This document shows, in pieces, positions 1 to 8,531 of a stretch of 60,621 nt of DNA. The stretch spans positions 1 through 60,621 of the forward strand of contig JBBIJY010000017.1 in the NCBI GenBank assembly GCA_037445735.1, in the 5' to 3' direction. The notes beneath the pieces were generated by a model, which was not told the DNA's origin, did no database searches, and saw only the letters and a program-made list of their open reading frames with translations. The position numbers and the translations under genes are program-made. Source of the DNA: Armatimonadota bacterium (lineage in GTDB: Bacteria; Armatimonadota; Fimbriimonadia; Fimbriimonadales; GBS-DC). The number at the start of each line of letters is the position of its first letter. The stretch's first letter is position 1.

Positions 1-115
1 GGCCCCCCCCCCCCCCCCCGCGCAAGCGCGCCTGCCGATGGGGAGCCGGCAGCTCCCTTTCAGCAGGGGCGGTCGATTCTGGCGCTATCCTCCTGATCAG
101 CAACAGCGCTGACAT
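1..115 (-). CDS. Short leader ORF of repeated module, copy 1 (runs off window); [38 protein letters not shown]...
   Basis: Manual translation: ATG at 115, GGAGG RBS, 32 codons then a G17 tract (C-run 3-19). Same architecture as 23201-23326 and 60473-60574. Confidence 0.6.
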   Translation of the reverse strand, partial: MSALLLIRRIAPESTAPAERELPAPHRQARLRGGGGGG

Positions 116-136
116 CACTGCTCCTCCATATTATAC

Positions 137-163
137 ATTCGCAGTATGGACAGGGATTCCTGC
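137..163 (-). promoter_or_regulatory. SigmaH-type promoter GCAGGAATC-N13-CGAAT
   Basis: Shared with 23149-23176 and 60425-60452; resembles the B. subtilis SigH consensus AGGA...GAAT. Confidence 0.6.
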
Positions 164-200
164 TTTTTGGGAGCGGGCAGGGCAGGTACAATTGATTTGT

Positions 201-2006
201 ATGGGCGATCGGCAGCGGTACATTCGGAACTTCTGCATCATTGCTCACATCGATCACGGCAAGTCGACGCTGGCGGATCGGCTGATGGAGTTCACGGGCG
301 CGATCCCGCCCGGCACCACGGTGGAGCAGGTGCTGGACACGATGGAGCTGGAGCGCGAGCGAGGCATCACCATCAAGATGACCGCCGTGCGCCTGACCTA
401 CCACGCCCGCGACGGACACACCTATCAGCTGAACCTCATCGATACGCCCGGGCATGTGGACTTCACCTATGAGGTGTCGCGCAGTCTCGCCGCCTGCGAG
501 GGCGCGATCCTGGTGGTGGACGCCGTGCAGGGCGTGGAGGCGCAAACCATCGCCAACACGAACCTCGCCTACAATCAGGGGCTGATGATTGTGCCCGTCA
601 TCAGCAAGATCGACCTGCCCGCTGCCGAGCCAGAGCGCGTGAAAGAGGAGATGGAACACGCGCTGCTGATCGACCCCGCCGATGTGATCCTTGCCAGCGC
701 GAAGGAGGGCATCGGCATCGAGGAGATTCTGGAGGCAGTAGTGCAGCGCATTCCGCCGCCGTCAGGCAAGCCCGATGCCCCCCTGCGCGCACTGGTGTAC
801 GACTCGCACTATGACCCCTATGTGGGCGTGGTGGCGTATGTGCGCGTGGTGGACGGCAGTGTGCAGCCGGGCGACCGTATTCAGTTTATGTCCACGGGCA
901 GGGTGTTCGAAGTGGCGCAGGTGGGCTACTTCACGCCGCAGCTACGCCCCGCTGAGCGCCTGCACACGGGTGAGGTCGGCTATATCACGGCGGGCATCAA
1001 ATCGGTCAAGGATGCGCAGGTGGGCGACACGATTACTTCGGCGGATCGCCCCGCGCGCGAGCCGCTGCCAGGCTTCCGCAAGGTGAAGCCGATGGTGTTC
1101 TGCGGGCTGTACCCGGTGGAGGGCGACCGCTATCCCGACCTGCGCGACGCTTTAGAGAAGCTCAGCCTGAACGACGCCGCCATCACCTTTGAGCCAGAGA
1201 CCAGCGCCGCGCTCGGCTTCGGTTTCCGCTGCGGCTTTCTGGGGCTGTTGCATATGGAGATTGTGCAGGAGCGGCTGGAGCGCGAGTTCGGACTGGAGCT
1301 GATTGCGACCGCGCCCAGCGTGGTCTATCGCGTGGTGCTGAACGACGGCGCGGTGCTGGAGATCGACAACCCGACGCGCTGGCCCGACGCGGGCAAAATC
1401 GCGCGGGTGGAGGAGCCGATCGTCTATGCGACGGTGATGGTGCCTGCCGAGTATGTGGGCGCGGTGATGGAGCTGTGCATGGGTCGGCGCGGCGAGTTCG
1501 TGCGCATGGAGTACCCCACACCCCAGCGCGTGATCCTCTATTACCGCCTGCCGCTCAGCGAGATTCTGCTCGATTTCTATGACCAGCTCAAGACCCGCAC
1601 GCGCGGCTACGCCTCCTTCGATTACGAGCCAGCTGGCTATCGCGAGGCGGATATGGTCAAGCTGGACATCCTGCTGAATGGCGATCCTGTGGATGCCCTG
1701 AGCTTCATCGCGCCGCGCGAGCGGGCGTATCAGCGGGCGCGCGCCCTCGTGGAGAAGCTCAAGGAGGTTGTGCCCCGCCAGCAGTTCGAAGTGCGCATTC
1801 AGGCGGCAATCGGCTCCCGCATCATCGCCTCGGAGGTCATCAAGCCGTTCCGCAAGAATGTGATTGCCAAGTGCTACGGCGGCGACATCACGCGCAAGCG
1901 CAAACTGCTGGAGCGCCAGAAAGAGGGCAAGAAGCGCATGAAGCAGGTGGGCACCGTCGAAGTGCCTCAAGAAGCCTTCTTGAGCGTGCTGAAGGTCGGG
2001 GACTGA
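201..2006 (+). CDS. lepA: Elongation factor 4 (LepA)
   Basis: [46 protein letters not shown] at 201 lies 8 nt after TACAAT. Confidence 0.98.
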   Translation: MGDRQRYIRNFCIIAHIDHGKSTLADRLMEFTGAIPPGTTVEQVLDTMELERERGITIKMTAVRLTYHARDGHTYQLNLIDTPGHVDFTYEVSRSLAACEGAILVVDAVQGVEAQTIANTNLAYNQGLMIVPVISKIDLPAAEPERVKEEMEHALLIDPADVILASAKEGIGIEEILEAVVQRIPPPSGKPDAPLRALVYDSHYDPYVGVVAYVRVVDGSVQPGDRIQFMSTGRVFEVAQVGYFTPQLRPAERLHTGEVGYITAGIKSVKDAQVGDTITSADRPAREPLPGFRKVKPMVFCGLYPVEGDRYPDLRDALEKLSLNDAAITFEPETSAALGFGFRCGFLGLLHMEIVQERLEREFGLELIATAPSVVYRVVLNDGAVLEIDNPTRWPDAGKIARVEEPIVYATVMVPAEYVGAVMELCMGRRGEFVRMEYPTPQRVILYYRLPLSEILLDFYDQLKTRTRGYASFDYEPAGYREADMVKLDILLNGDPVDALSFIAPRERAYQRARALVEKLKEVVPRQQFEVRIQAAIGSRIIASEVIKPFRKNVIAKCYGGDITRKRKLLERQKEGKKRMKQVGTVEVPQEAFLSVLKVGD

Positions 2007-2032
2007 CGGGTTCATTCAGAGGGGATTTCACT

Positions 2033-2653
2033 TCACTCCAGAAAACCTGTGTAGTTAAGCAGGGCGACCCAGATGCGTCCGTCCACGCGCTCGATGATGG
2101 AGAGGGCAGCGTTATCCAGTCGGATGCGCCGGTAGGTCTGGATGTCGCCCGCGAGCGCGTCGCAGAGCAGGATGCGGAGGCTGCCCCCGTGCCCCACCAC
2201 AATCAGCTCGCCTTCTGTGTAGCGCTCATAAAGCATCCGGGCGAACTGCTGCACGCGCTCCCAGAAGGCGGTCATCGGCTCCGCTGCGGGCGGCGTGCCG
2301 CCCAGCGGGTCATACAGATAGGTGAAATGGTGTTCGGGGTAGCGTTCGATCACCTCGTCGCGGGTGAGTCCTTCCCACGCGCCCCAGTCGCGCTCGCGCA
2401 GGGCGGGCGTGAGAAGGAGCGGCGCGTTCAACCGTTCGGCAATCACCTGCGCGGTCCGGGCAGCGCGTTGCAGGTCGCTGCTGTAGACGGCGTGCAGCGA
2501 CTGGCGACTGGCAAGCCGCTGTGCCAGCCAGTGCGCCACGCGCTCCGCCTGCTGAGAGCCGACCTCATCCAGCGGCACATCGGAATGACCCTGAATGCGC
2601 CCGATATGGTTCCATGCCGTCTGCCCATGCCGCACCAGGTAGAGCCGCAACAT
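2033..2653 (-). CDS. Histidine phosphatase (phosphoglycerate mutase family)
   Basis: LVRHGQT, SSDLQRA and VGHGG motifs. Start could alternatively be 2665. Confidence 0.92.
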   Translation of the reverse strand: MLRLYLVRHGQTAWNHIGRIQGHSDVPLDEVGSQQAERVAHWLAQRLASRQSLHAVYSSDLQRAARTAQVIAERLNAPLLLTPALRERDWGAWEGLTRDEVIERYPEHHFTYLYDPLGGTPPAAEPMTAFWERVQQFARMLYERYTEGELIVVGHGGSLRILLCDALAGDIQTYRRIRLDNAALSIIERVDGRIWVALLNYTGFLE

Positions 2654-2675
2654 ATCAGAAAGCATACCCCCTGTG

Positions 2676-2708
2676 AAAAAAGGGGGAGCCAGCGGGGAAC
2701 TGGCTCCC
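2676..2708 (-). terminator. Intrinsic terminator after nrdJ
   Basis: GGGAGCCAG...CTGGCTCCC stem followed by T6 on the minus strand. Confidence 0.75.
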
Positions 2709-2743
2709 GATGAGTGAGGGTCTGGAGAGGGGGAGCAAAGCCC

Positions 2744-5700
2744 TTACCCACAGCCATAGGCGGTGCCGCAGTTCAGGCACTGGTGGCACGCGCCCGCACG
2801 CACCATAATCATGCCGCAAACAGGGCAGGGTGGCGCATCCTGCTGCAGTTTCACCAGTTGCGACCAGTCCGTGGTCTCACCCTGCCCTGCGGGTGCAGGA
2901 ACCGTCTCCTTCGCGCCTGCCACGCCGACCGCCTCTGGCGGCTCGCTCGCCTGCGCGACAGGCTGCTCCTCCAGCGAGGATTCGAGCGACTGCTTCTGCT
3001 GCGGCTGCTGGTTCAGAAACTTCAGCGCTAGCCAGCGGAAGATGTAGTCCACGATAGAGGTGGCGACAGGTATCTGCGGGTTGTTCGTGAAGCCGCTGGG
3101 CTGGAAGCGCGTGTAGGAGAACTTCTCCACCAGCTTCTCCAGCGGCACGCCGTACTGCAGCGCGAGCGAGATGGCGGTCGCGAAGGCGTCCATCAGCCCT
3201 GAAATGACCGAGCCTTCCTTCGCCATCGTGATGAAGATTTCGCCGGGCGTGCCGTCTTCGTACATGCCGACGGTGATGTAGCCTTCGTGCCCCGCGATGC
3301 TGAACTTGTGAGTGATGCTCTTGCGCTCGTCGGGCAGGTGGCGTCGGATGGGACGCCCGGTGGTGGCGGGAAGTGACGCCTCCTCGTCGGTCGGCTTCTT
3401 CGTGGAGAGCGGCTGAGTGCGTTTGCTGCCATCCCGATAGATGGCGATTGCCTTCAAGCCGAGCTTCCACGCCTGCATGTAGATGTGCTCGATGTCTTCG
3501 GGCGTGGCGTCGCTGGGCAGGTTCACCGTCTTGCTGATAGCCCCACTTAAGAAGGGTTGCACTGCCGCCATCATCTTCACATGCGCCATCGGGGCGAGAC
3601 TGCGCGTGCCCCTGGCGGGGCGGAAGGCGCAGTCGAACACGGGCAGATGCTCCTCTTTCAGGTAGGGTGCGCCCTCGATGGTGTCGTGCTCATCGATGTA
3701 GCGCGTGATGGCTTCGATCTGCTCGGGCGAATAGCCCAGCTGCTGAAGCGCAAGCGGCACCGTCGTGTTCACTATCTTCAGCAGCCCGCCACCGACCAGC
3801 GTCTTGTATTTCACCAGCGCAATATCGGGTTCAATACCCGTCGTGTCGCAGTCCATCATAAAGGAAATAGTCCCGGTAGGAGCTAATACTGTCACCTGTG
3901 CATTCCGATAGCCGTACTGCTCGCCCAGTTGCAGCATTTCGTCGTAGATGGCGCGCGCCGCCTTCATGAGATAGTCGGGCACATACTGGGCTTGAATCTG
4001 GTTGAGCGCGTCGGCGTGCATGCGCATCACTTCCAGCATCGGCTCGCGATTGAGCGCGAAGCCAGGGAACGGCGCACCGCAGTCGCGCGCGATGATTGCT
4101 GACTGACGGTACGCCTCGCCGTGCATGAGGGCGGTGATAATGGCTGCGTAGGCGCGTCCCGCATCGCTGTCGTAGGGCAAGCCGAGCGACATCAGCAGCG
4201 CACCCAGATTCGCATAGCCCAGCCCCAGCGGGCGGAAGTTGTGGCTGTTGTCGGCGATGCGCTCGGTCGGATACGCCGAGTTGTCCACAATAATCTCCTG
4301 CGCGGTGATCATAATCCGCACCGCTGCGCGGAACGCCTCCACATCAAAGCTGCCATCTGGCAGACGGAACTTCATCAAATTCAAACTTGCCAGATTGCAG
4401 GATGTGTCGTTAAGAAAGACAAATTCTGAGCAATTGGCTACAACAAGACCGTTCACGATGTAGGTATGGTGCAGCGGCTCGGTCAGGTTGTAGGTCAGCT
4501 CATAGCCGTCGAACTCGCGCTCCACAAGGTGAGCGTCGACCCGCACCGCGTAAAACTCATGCTCACGAATCCAGCGCTCCAGGGTTTGCTGTTTGCTGGT
4601 GGTCGCAAAACCGATGTAGTCGTAGAATCGCCGAATAGAGGGTCCGGTGATTCGCAGGTCGTAGCTGTTGCCTAGTGATGAGTAGCTCACCTGCTGACCG
4701 TCGCGCTTGCGCGTGTAGCGGAACCCTGATTGCCTGGGCGGTTGCGTGTAGATGCGGCTCTGGATTCCGAACATCAGCAGCAGTTGTTGCACCTGTTGCA
4801 GGAGGGTCAGCGATTTGCTACCCAGCCCGATGTAGCGGGTGCCTTTTTTCTGATCGTCGTGGGCGCAGCCATCGGCGGTGAACAGTCCGCGCAGGTAAGC
4901 CGCCACGATTTCGGGCGGCGCCTGGAAGATCGAGTCGGGCACGCGCTTCTCAGCGGCTCGGGCTTTCGGCACGCCCAGCGCTTGCAGGAAGCGACCGAAA
5001 GCGGCTCGCACGACACGCAGTTGGACCGTGCCGTTGGTCTGCCGGCTGATGTGCGGACGCAACCCCAGCGACTCCAGCACGGTGCGGTGGCGAGGCAGCA
5101 GTTGTTCCTGTTCCTCGGCACTTCCGTATGTCCAGACAACCATCGGGCTGGAGCGCACAAAGCAGCCATCGCCAGTGAGATGCCCCAGCATCTCTGCGAA
5201 AGGAACCGACCATTCAGAGGGCAGGTTAAGGCGGGCGTGCCGCTCACCTTTGGCACGCAGCTGTTTCCAGTCGGCGGGCACGGGCAGGCTCCAGGAGGCG
5301 TCCACAGGCAAGCAGGGAGCGTCCGTAACCAGCACCACATCGTCCGGTGTTAGCTCGTCGGCGCGTACCATCCCGCGATTGAGCGTGAAGAAGCGATGAT
5401 TCGGCGTGCAGCGCACCTCGATGCCGTTCGAGAATCGCAGGCGCCACACCTCGTTCACGCCGGTGACCATCCACTGCACTGGCTCGCTCAGGCGCACGCC
5501 CTCTTGCGGCTCGCCGGCGGTGCGATTGTGCGTGTAGATGAGGAACGATTCGCCTGCGTTCACGCGCTGAATCAGCTCGCGGAAACGGATGAGACCCTTG
5601 CTGGTGTAGACGAGGCTATCGCCTGTGAAGCAGGGGTTGCTGGCTTCGATGGGACCGCTGTTTTTGACGGTGTGCCAGCGGTTGGTGGTGTCGTGGAACT

Positions 5701-6829
5701 GCAGACCGGGGTCGCCGCACACCCATGCGGCTTCGGCGATTTTGCGGAACAGTTCGCGCGCTTTGTAGCGCCCCATCACCGCGCCGGTCGTGCGCGCGTA
5801 GGTGCACCATTCACGATCCTCCTCCACCGCTCGCATGAACTCGTCCGTCACGCGCACGCTGTGATTGGCGTTCTGGAAGAAGACCGAATCGTACGCGCCG
5901 CCTGGCGTATCGAAGCCCGGATCGTAGCCCTGCTCGATGAGCGCCCATGCCTTCTTTTCCTCGTTGGCTTTGCACTCGATGAAGTCCACGATGTCGGGGT
6001 GGTCGATGTTCAGCACCACCATTTTGGCGGCGCGGCGGGTTTTGCCACCCGATTTGATGACGCCGGCGAAGGCGTCGAATCCGCGCATGAAGGAAACAGG
6101 ACCCGACGCGCGCCCGCCCCCCGACAGATACTCCCTGGAGCCACGAATGCGCGACAGGTTCGAACCCGAGCCCGAACCGAACTTGAAAATCATGCCCTCC
6201 GTTTTCGCCAGATCGAGAATCGATTCCATCGTATCCTCGACGGAGACGATAAAACACGCCGAGGATTGCGGGCGCGGCTCGATCCCGACATTGAACCAGA
6301 CGGGGCTGTTGAAGGCGGCGTACTGGTGCAGGAGGAGATATTTCAGTTCATCGCGGAAGGCGTCGGCATCGGCATTGGAAGCGAAGTAGCCCATTTCGCG
6401 TCCCCAGCGCGTGAGGGTCTCCACCACGCGCCCAATCACCTGCCGAACGCTCTGCTCGCGCTCAGGTGTGCCGACCTGCCCGCGGAAATATTTGGACGCC
6501 ACCACATTCGTCGCCAGTTGCGACCAGAAGGTGGGTACTTCCACATCTTTTTGCTCGAACACGACCTCGCCGCGCTCGCCTGTGATGACGGCGGTGCGCC
6601 GCTCCCACTCAACCGTATCGAAGGGGTCGACGCCCGGCTGCGTGAAGTAGCGTTCGATGCGCAGCCCTTTGCCCGTGTTGATGTTATCGAACTTCTCGCG
6701 CGGGATGAAGCCGTAGCGCCGTTCCACGCGCACGCCATCGGTGCGAACAGCAGCCGCCGGGGCGGCGGGGGTCTCTACCGCGCCATTCGTCTCCGATAGT
6801 TCCAGCAAGCCCTCATTCGGTTCCAACAT
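2744..6829 (-). CDS. nrdJ: Vitamin B12-dependent class II ribonucleotide reductase with intein
   Basis: FNSPVWFN, SACF, NP|CSE, CNLASLNL, APTGT motifs; C-terminal TSCPD-like domain with CxxC pairs; next to nrdR. Confidence 0.96.
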   Translation of the reverse strand: MLEPNEGLLELSETNGAVETPAAPAAAVRTDGVRVERRYGFIPREKFDNINTGKGLRIERYFTQPGVDPFDTVEWERRTAVITGERGEVVFEQKDVEVPTFWSQLATNVVASKYFRGQVGTPEREQSVRQVIGRVVETLTRWGREMGYFASNADADAFRDELKYLLLHQYAAFNSPVWFNVGIEPRPQSSACFIVSVEDTMESILDLAKTEGMIFKFGSGSGSNLSRIRGSREYLSGGGRASGPVSFMRGFDAFAGVIKSGGKTRRAAKMVVLNIDHPDIVDFIECKANEEKKAWALIEQGYDPGFDTPGGAYDSVFFQNANHSVRVTDEFMRAVEEDREWCTYARTTGAVMGRYKARELFRKIAEAAWVCGDPGLQFHDTTNRWHTVKNSGPIEASNPCFTGDSLVYTSKGLIRFRELIQRVNAGESFLIYTHNRTAGEPQEGVRLSEPVQWMVTGVNEVWRLRFSNGIEVRCTPNHRFFTLNRGMVRADELTPDDVVLVTDAPCLPVDASWSLPVPADWKQLRAKGERHARLNLPSEWSVPFAEMLGHLTGDGCFVRSSPMVVWTYGSAEEQEQLLPRHRTVLESLGLRPHISRQTNGTVQLRVVRAAFGRFLQALGVPKARAAEKRVPDSIFQAPPEIVAAYLRGLFTADGCAHDDQKKGTRYIGLGSKSLTLLQQVQQLLLMFGIQSRIYTQPPRQSGFRYTRKRDGQQVSYSSLGNSYDLRITGPSIRRFYDYIGFATTSKQQTLERWIREHEFYAVRVDAHLVEREFDGYELTYNLTEPLHHTYIVNGLVVANCSEFVFLNDTSCNLASLNLMKFRLPDGSFDVEAFRAAVRIMITAQEIIVDNSAYPTERIADNSHNFRPLGLGYANLGALLMSLGLPYDSDAGRAYAAIITALMHGEAYRQSAIIARDCGAPFPGFALNREPMLEVMRMHADALNQIQAQYVPDYLMKAARAIYDEMLQLGEQYGYRNAQVTVLAPTGTISFMMDCDTTGIEPDIALVKYKTLVGGGLLKIVNTTVPLALQQLGYSPEQIEAITRYIDEHDTIEGAPYLKEEHLPVFDCAFRPARGTRSLAPMAHVKMMAAVQPFLSGAISKTVNLPSDATPEDIEHIYMQAWKLGLKAIAIYRDGSKRTQPLSTKKPTDEEASLPATTGRPIRRHLPDERKSITHKFSIAGHEGYITVGMYEDGTPGEIFITMAKEGSVISGLMDAFATAISLALQYGVPLEKLVEKFSYTRFQPSGFTNNPQIPVATSIVDYIFRWLALKFLNQQPQQKQSLESSLEEQPVAQASEPPEAVGVAGAKETVPAPAGQGETTDWSQLVKLQQDAPPCPVCGMIMVRAGACHQCLNCGTAYGCG
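4433..5632 (-). mobile_element. Intein (400 aa) with LAGLIDADG homing endonuclease in NrdJ
   Basis: EASNP|CFTGDSLV...GLVVAN|CSEF; block B TPNHRF; LGHLTGDG and LRGLFTADG motifs. Confidence 0.95.
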
Positions 6830-6854
6830 AGCCAACCTCCTGACACAAAGGGGT

Positions 6855-7334
6855 TCAACGACTTCGGGACTGACGCGCTTTTTGCATGCGCATCAGCATC
6901 TGCACGACCCGATTGAACTGCTGCGGGTCCTGAAACTCCTCATAGACGGAGGCGAAGCGCACATAGGCGACGGAATCGATCTCCAGCAGTTTTTGCATGA
7001 CCATGCGCCCAATCTCCACCGAGCTGATCTCGGTCTCGGCGCGGTTATGAATCTCCTGCTCGATTTCGTCAACGGCTTTTTCCAGCACCTCCATGCTGAT
7101 GGGGCGTTTGCGGCAGGCGATGACCATGCCCTGCAGAACCTTGTTGCGGTCGAACGGTTCGCGTCGCCCGTCCTTTTTGATAACCATCAGCGGGCGTTCC
7201 TCATAGCGTTCGAAGGTGGTGAACCGCCGTCCACACTGGAGGCATTCGCGCCGTCGACGGATGGCTTTGCCCTCCTGTGTGGGGCGCGAGTCCACCACAT
7301 GGTCCTCCTCACTGCCGCAGTACGGGCACCGCAT
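6855..7334 (-). CDS. nrdR: Transcriptional repressor NrdR
   Basis: MRCPYC, RRRRECxxCGRRFTTFE, ATP cone, VAYVRFASVY. Confidence 0.98.
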   Translation of the reverse strand: MRCPYCGSEEDHVVDSRPTQEGKAIRRRRECLQCGRRFTTFERYEERPLMVIKKDGRREPFDRNKVLQGMVIACRKRPISMEVLEKAVDEIEQEIHNRAETEISSVEIGRMVMQKLLEIDSVAYVRFASVYEEFQDPQQFNRVVQMLMRMQKARQSRSR

Positions 7335-7351
7335 CGTTCACCTCGCCTCAA

Positions 7352-7398
7352 TAGCCACATATGCGGGGTTATTGCTCGTTATCCCCAAGATGTTGTGG
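7352..7398. promoter_or_regulatory. Tandem NrdR boxes
   Basis: CCCCAAGATGTTGTGG (7383-7398) and a weaker TAGCCACATATGCGGG (7352-7367), centres 31 bp apart, between the nrdR promoter and start. Confidence 0.7.
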
Positions 7399-7406
7399 CT
7401 GCCCTC

Positions 7407-7436
7407 TATTATAGCACATCGGATGCGCGTTTGTCA
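7407..7436 (-). promoter_or_regulatory. Sigma70 promoter of nrdR-nrdJ
   Basis: TTGACA-N18-TATAAT on the minus strand. Confidence 0.8.
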
Positions 7437-7445
7437 AGGGGGGGT

Positions 7446-7671
7446 GAGGGTGTTCGAAAATTCGTGGGCATCCTATCCGCCTGTGTGAAGCCCCCTCACC
7501 CGTACCCTCTCCCCCGCACGCGGGGGAGAGGGGCTTGGTTTCTCCCTCTCCCCGCTGGGGAGGGGGTCGGGGTGAGGGGTAGGCTTTCCTCTGGTTGGAT
7601 TTTTCGAACAGCTTCAGGGGAGGGTTCGAAAATTCCGCCCCCCTCACCCCGACCGAATTTTCGAACACCGC
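7446..7671. mobile_element. MITE-like element with internal REP-like palindromes (full unit 7446-7615 plus mini unit about 7619-7671)
   Basis: 16-bp perfect inverted repeat GGTGTTCGAAAATTCG (7449-7464 / 7654-7669); homologous to 12181-12348. Confidence 0.65.
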
Positions 7672-7682
7672 TGCGCACCCCC

Positions 7683-7712
7683 TTGACAATGGCGTCCGCC
7701 GTTGGGTAATAT
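7683..7712 (+). promoter_or_regulatory. Sigma70 promoter of sufCB
   Basis: TTGACA (7683-7688) ... TAATAT (7707-7712). Confidence 0.7.
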
Positions 7713-7727
7713 TTAGTCAGGCTAAAC
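7711..7727. promoter_or_regulatory. Palindromic operator ATTTAG-tcagg-CTAAAC
   Basis: Lies between the -10 and RBS of sufC; near-identical site at 12121-12137. Confidence 0.65.
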
Positions 7728-7742
7728 AACAGGAGGTTGGCA

Positions 7743-8528
7743 GTGAGCGAGAGAATACCACTTCTGGAGATTCGGGATTTGTGGGTCAAACTGCCTGACG
7801 AGGAGGAACCGATTCTGCGCGGGGTGAGCCTGACCCTTTACGCGGGCGAGGTTCACGCGCTGATGGGCCCGAACGGGTCGGGCAAGTCCACTCTGGCGAA
7901 GGTTCTCGCGGGCTATGAGGGCTATGAGATTATTCGCGGCGAGGTTCTCTTCCGCGGCGAGAACCTGCTGGAGATGGAACCCGACGAGCGGGCGCGCGTG
8001 GGGCTGTTCCTCGCCTTCCAGTACCCGATGGAGGTGCCCGGCGTGACCATCGCGAACTTCCTGCGACTGGCGTACCAGCGACGCTTCAACTGCGAGGTGC
8101 GATACGCTGAGTTCTATCGGCTGCTGCTTCAGCATCTCAAAAAGCTGGAGATGGACGCCTCTTTCGCCAGCCGCGCGGTGAACGAGGGCTTTTCGGGTGG
8201 CGAAAAGAAGCGATTCGAAATCGTGCAGATGTCCCTGCTGGAACCCGTGCTGGCAATCTTAGATGAGACCGATTCGGGGCTGGACATCGACGCGCTCAAG
8301 GTCGTGGCGAACGGCGTCAATAGCATGCGCTCGCCCGAACGCGCGTTCCTTGTCATCACGCACTATCAGCGCATCCTGAACTACATCACGCCCGACTATG
8401 TGCATGTGATGGTCGACGGGCGCATCGTGCGGTCGGGCGGCGCGGAGCTGGCGCTCCAGCTGGAAGAGCGCGGCTACGACTGGGTGCGCGGTGAGTTGAC
8501 CAGCGTCGCCGCTGTACAGGAGGGTTAA
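7743..8528 (+). CDS. sufC: Fe-S cluster assembly ATPase SufC
   Basis: [44 protein letters not shown] start chosen from RBS spacing. Confidence 0.96.
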   Translation: MSERIPLLEIRDLWVKLPDEEEPILRGVSLTLYAGEVHALMGPNGSGKSTLAKVLAGYEGYEIIRGEVLFRGENLLEMEPDERARVGLFLAFQYPMEVPGVTIANFLRLAYQRRFNCEVRYAEFYRLLLQHLKKLEMDASFASRAVNEGFSGGEKKRFEIVQMSLLEPVLAILDETDSGLDIDALKVVANGVNSMRSPERAFLVITHYQRILNYITPDYVHVMVDGRIVRSGGAELALQLEERGYDWVRGELTSVAAVQEG

Positions 8529-8531
8529 ATC

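Noticed and set aside
3-19. C17 run as a sequencing artefact
   Set aside because: It sits in the same promoter-RBS-leader context as the two other G tracts. Its exact length is still uncertain.
60-659. Long antisense or alternative-frame ORFs (also 5396-6799, 27769-28956, 55049-56695 and others)
   Set aside because: Shadows of well-supported genes in GC-rich DNA, with no motifs of their own.
7490-7670. REP clusters as a CRISPR array or tRNA
   Set aside because: No regular repeat-spacer periodicity, no cas genes, no cloverleaf motifs.
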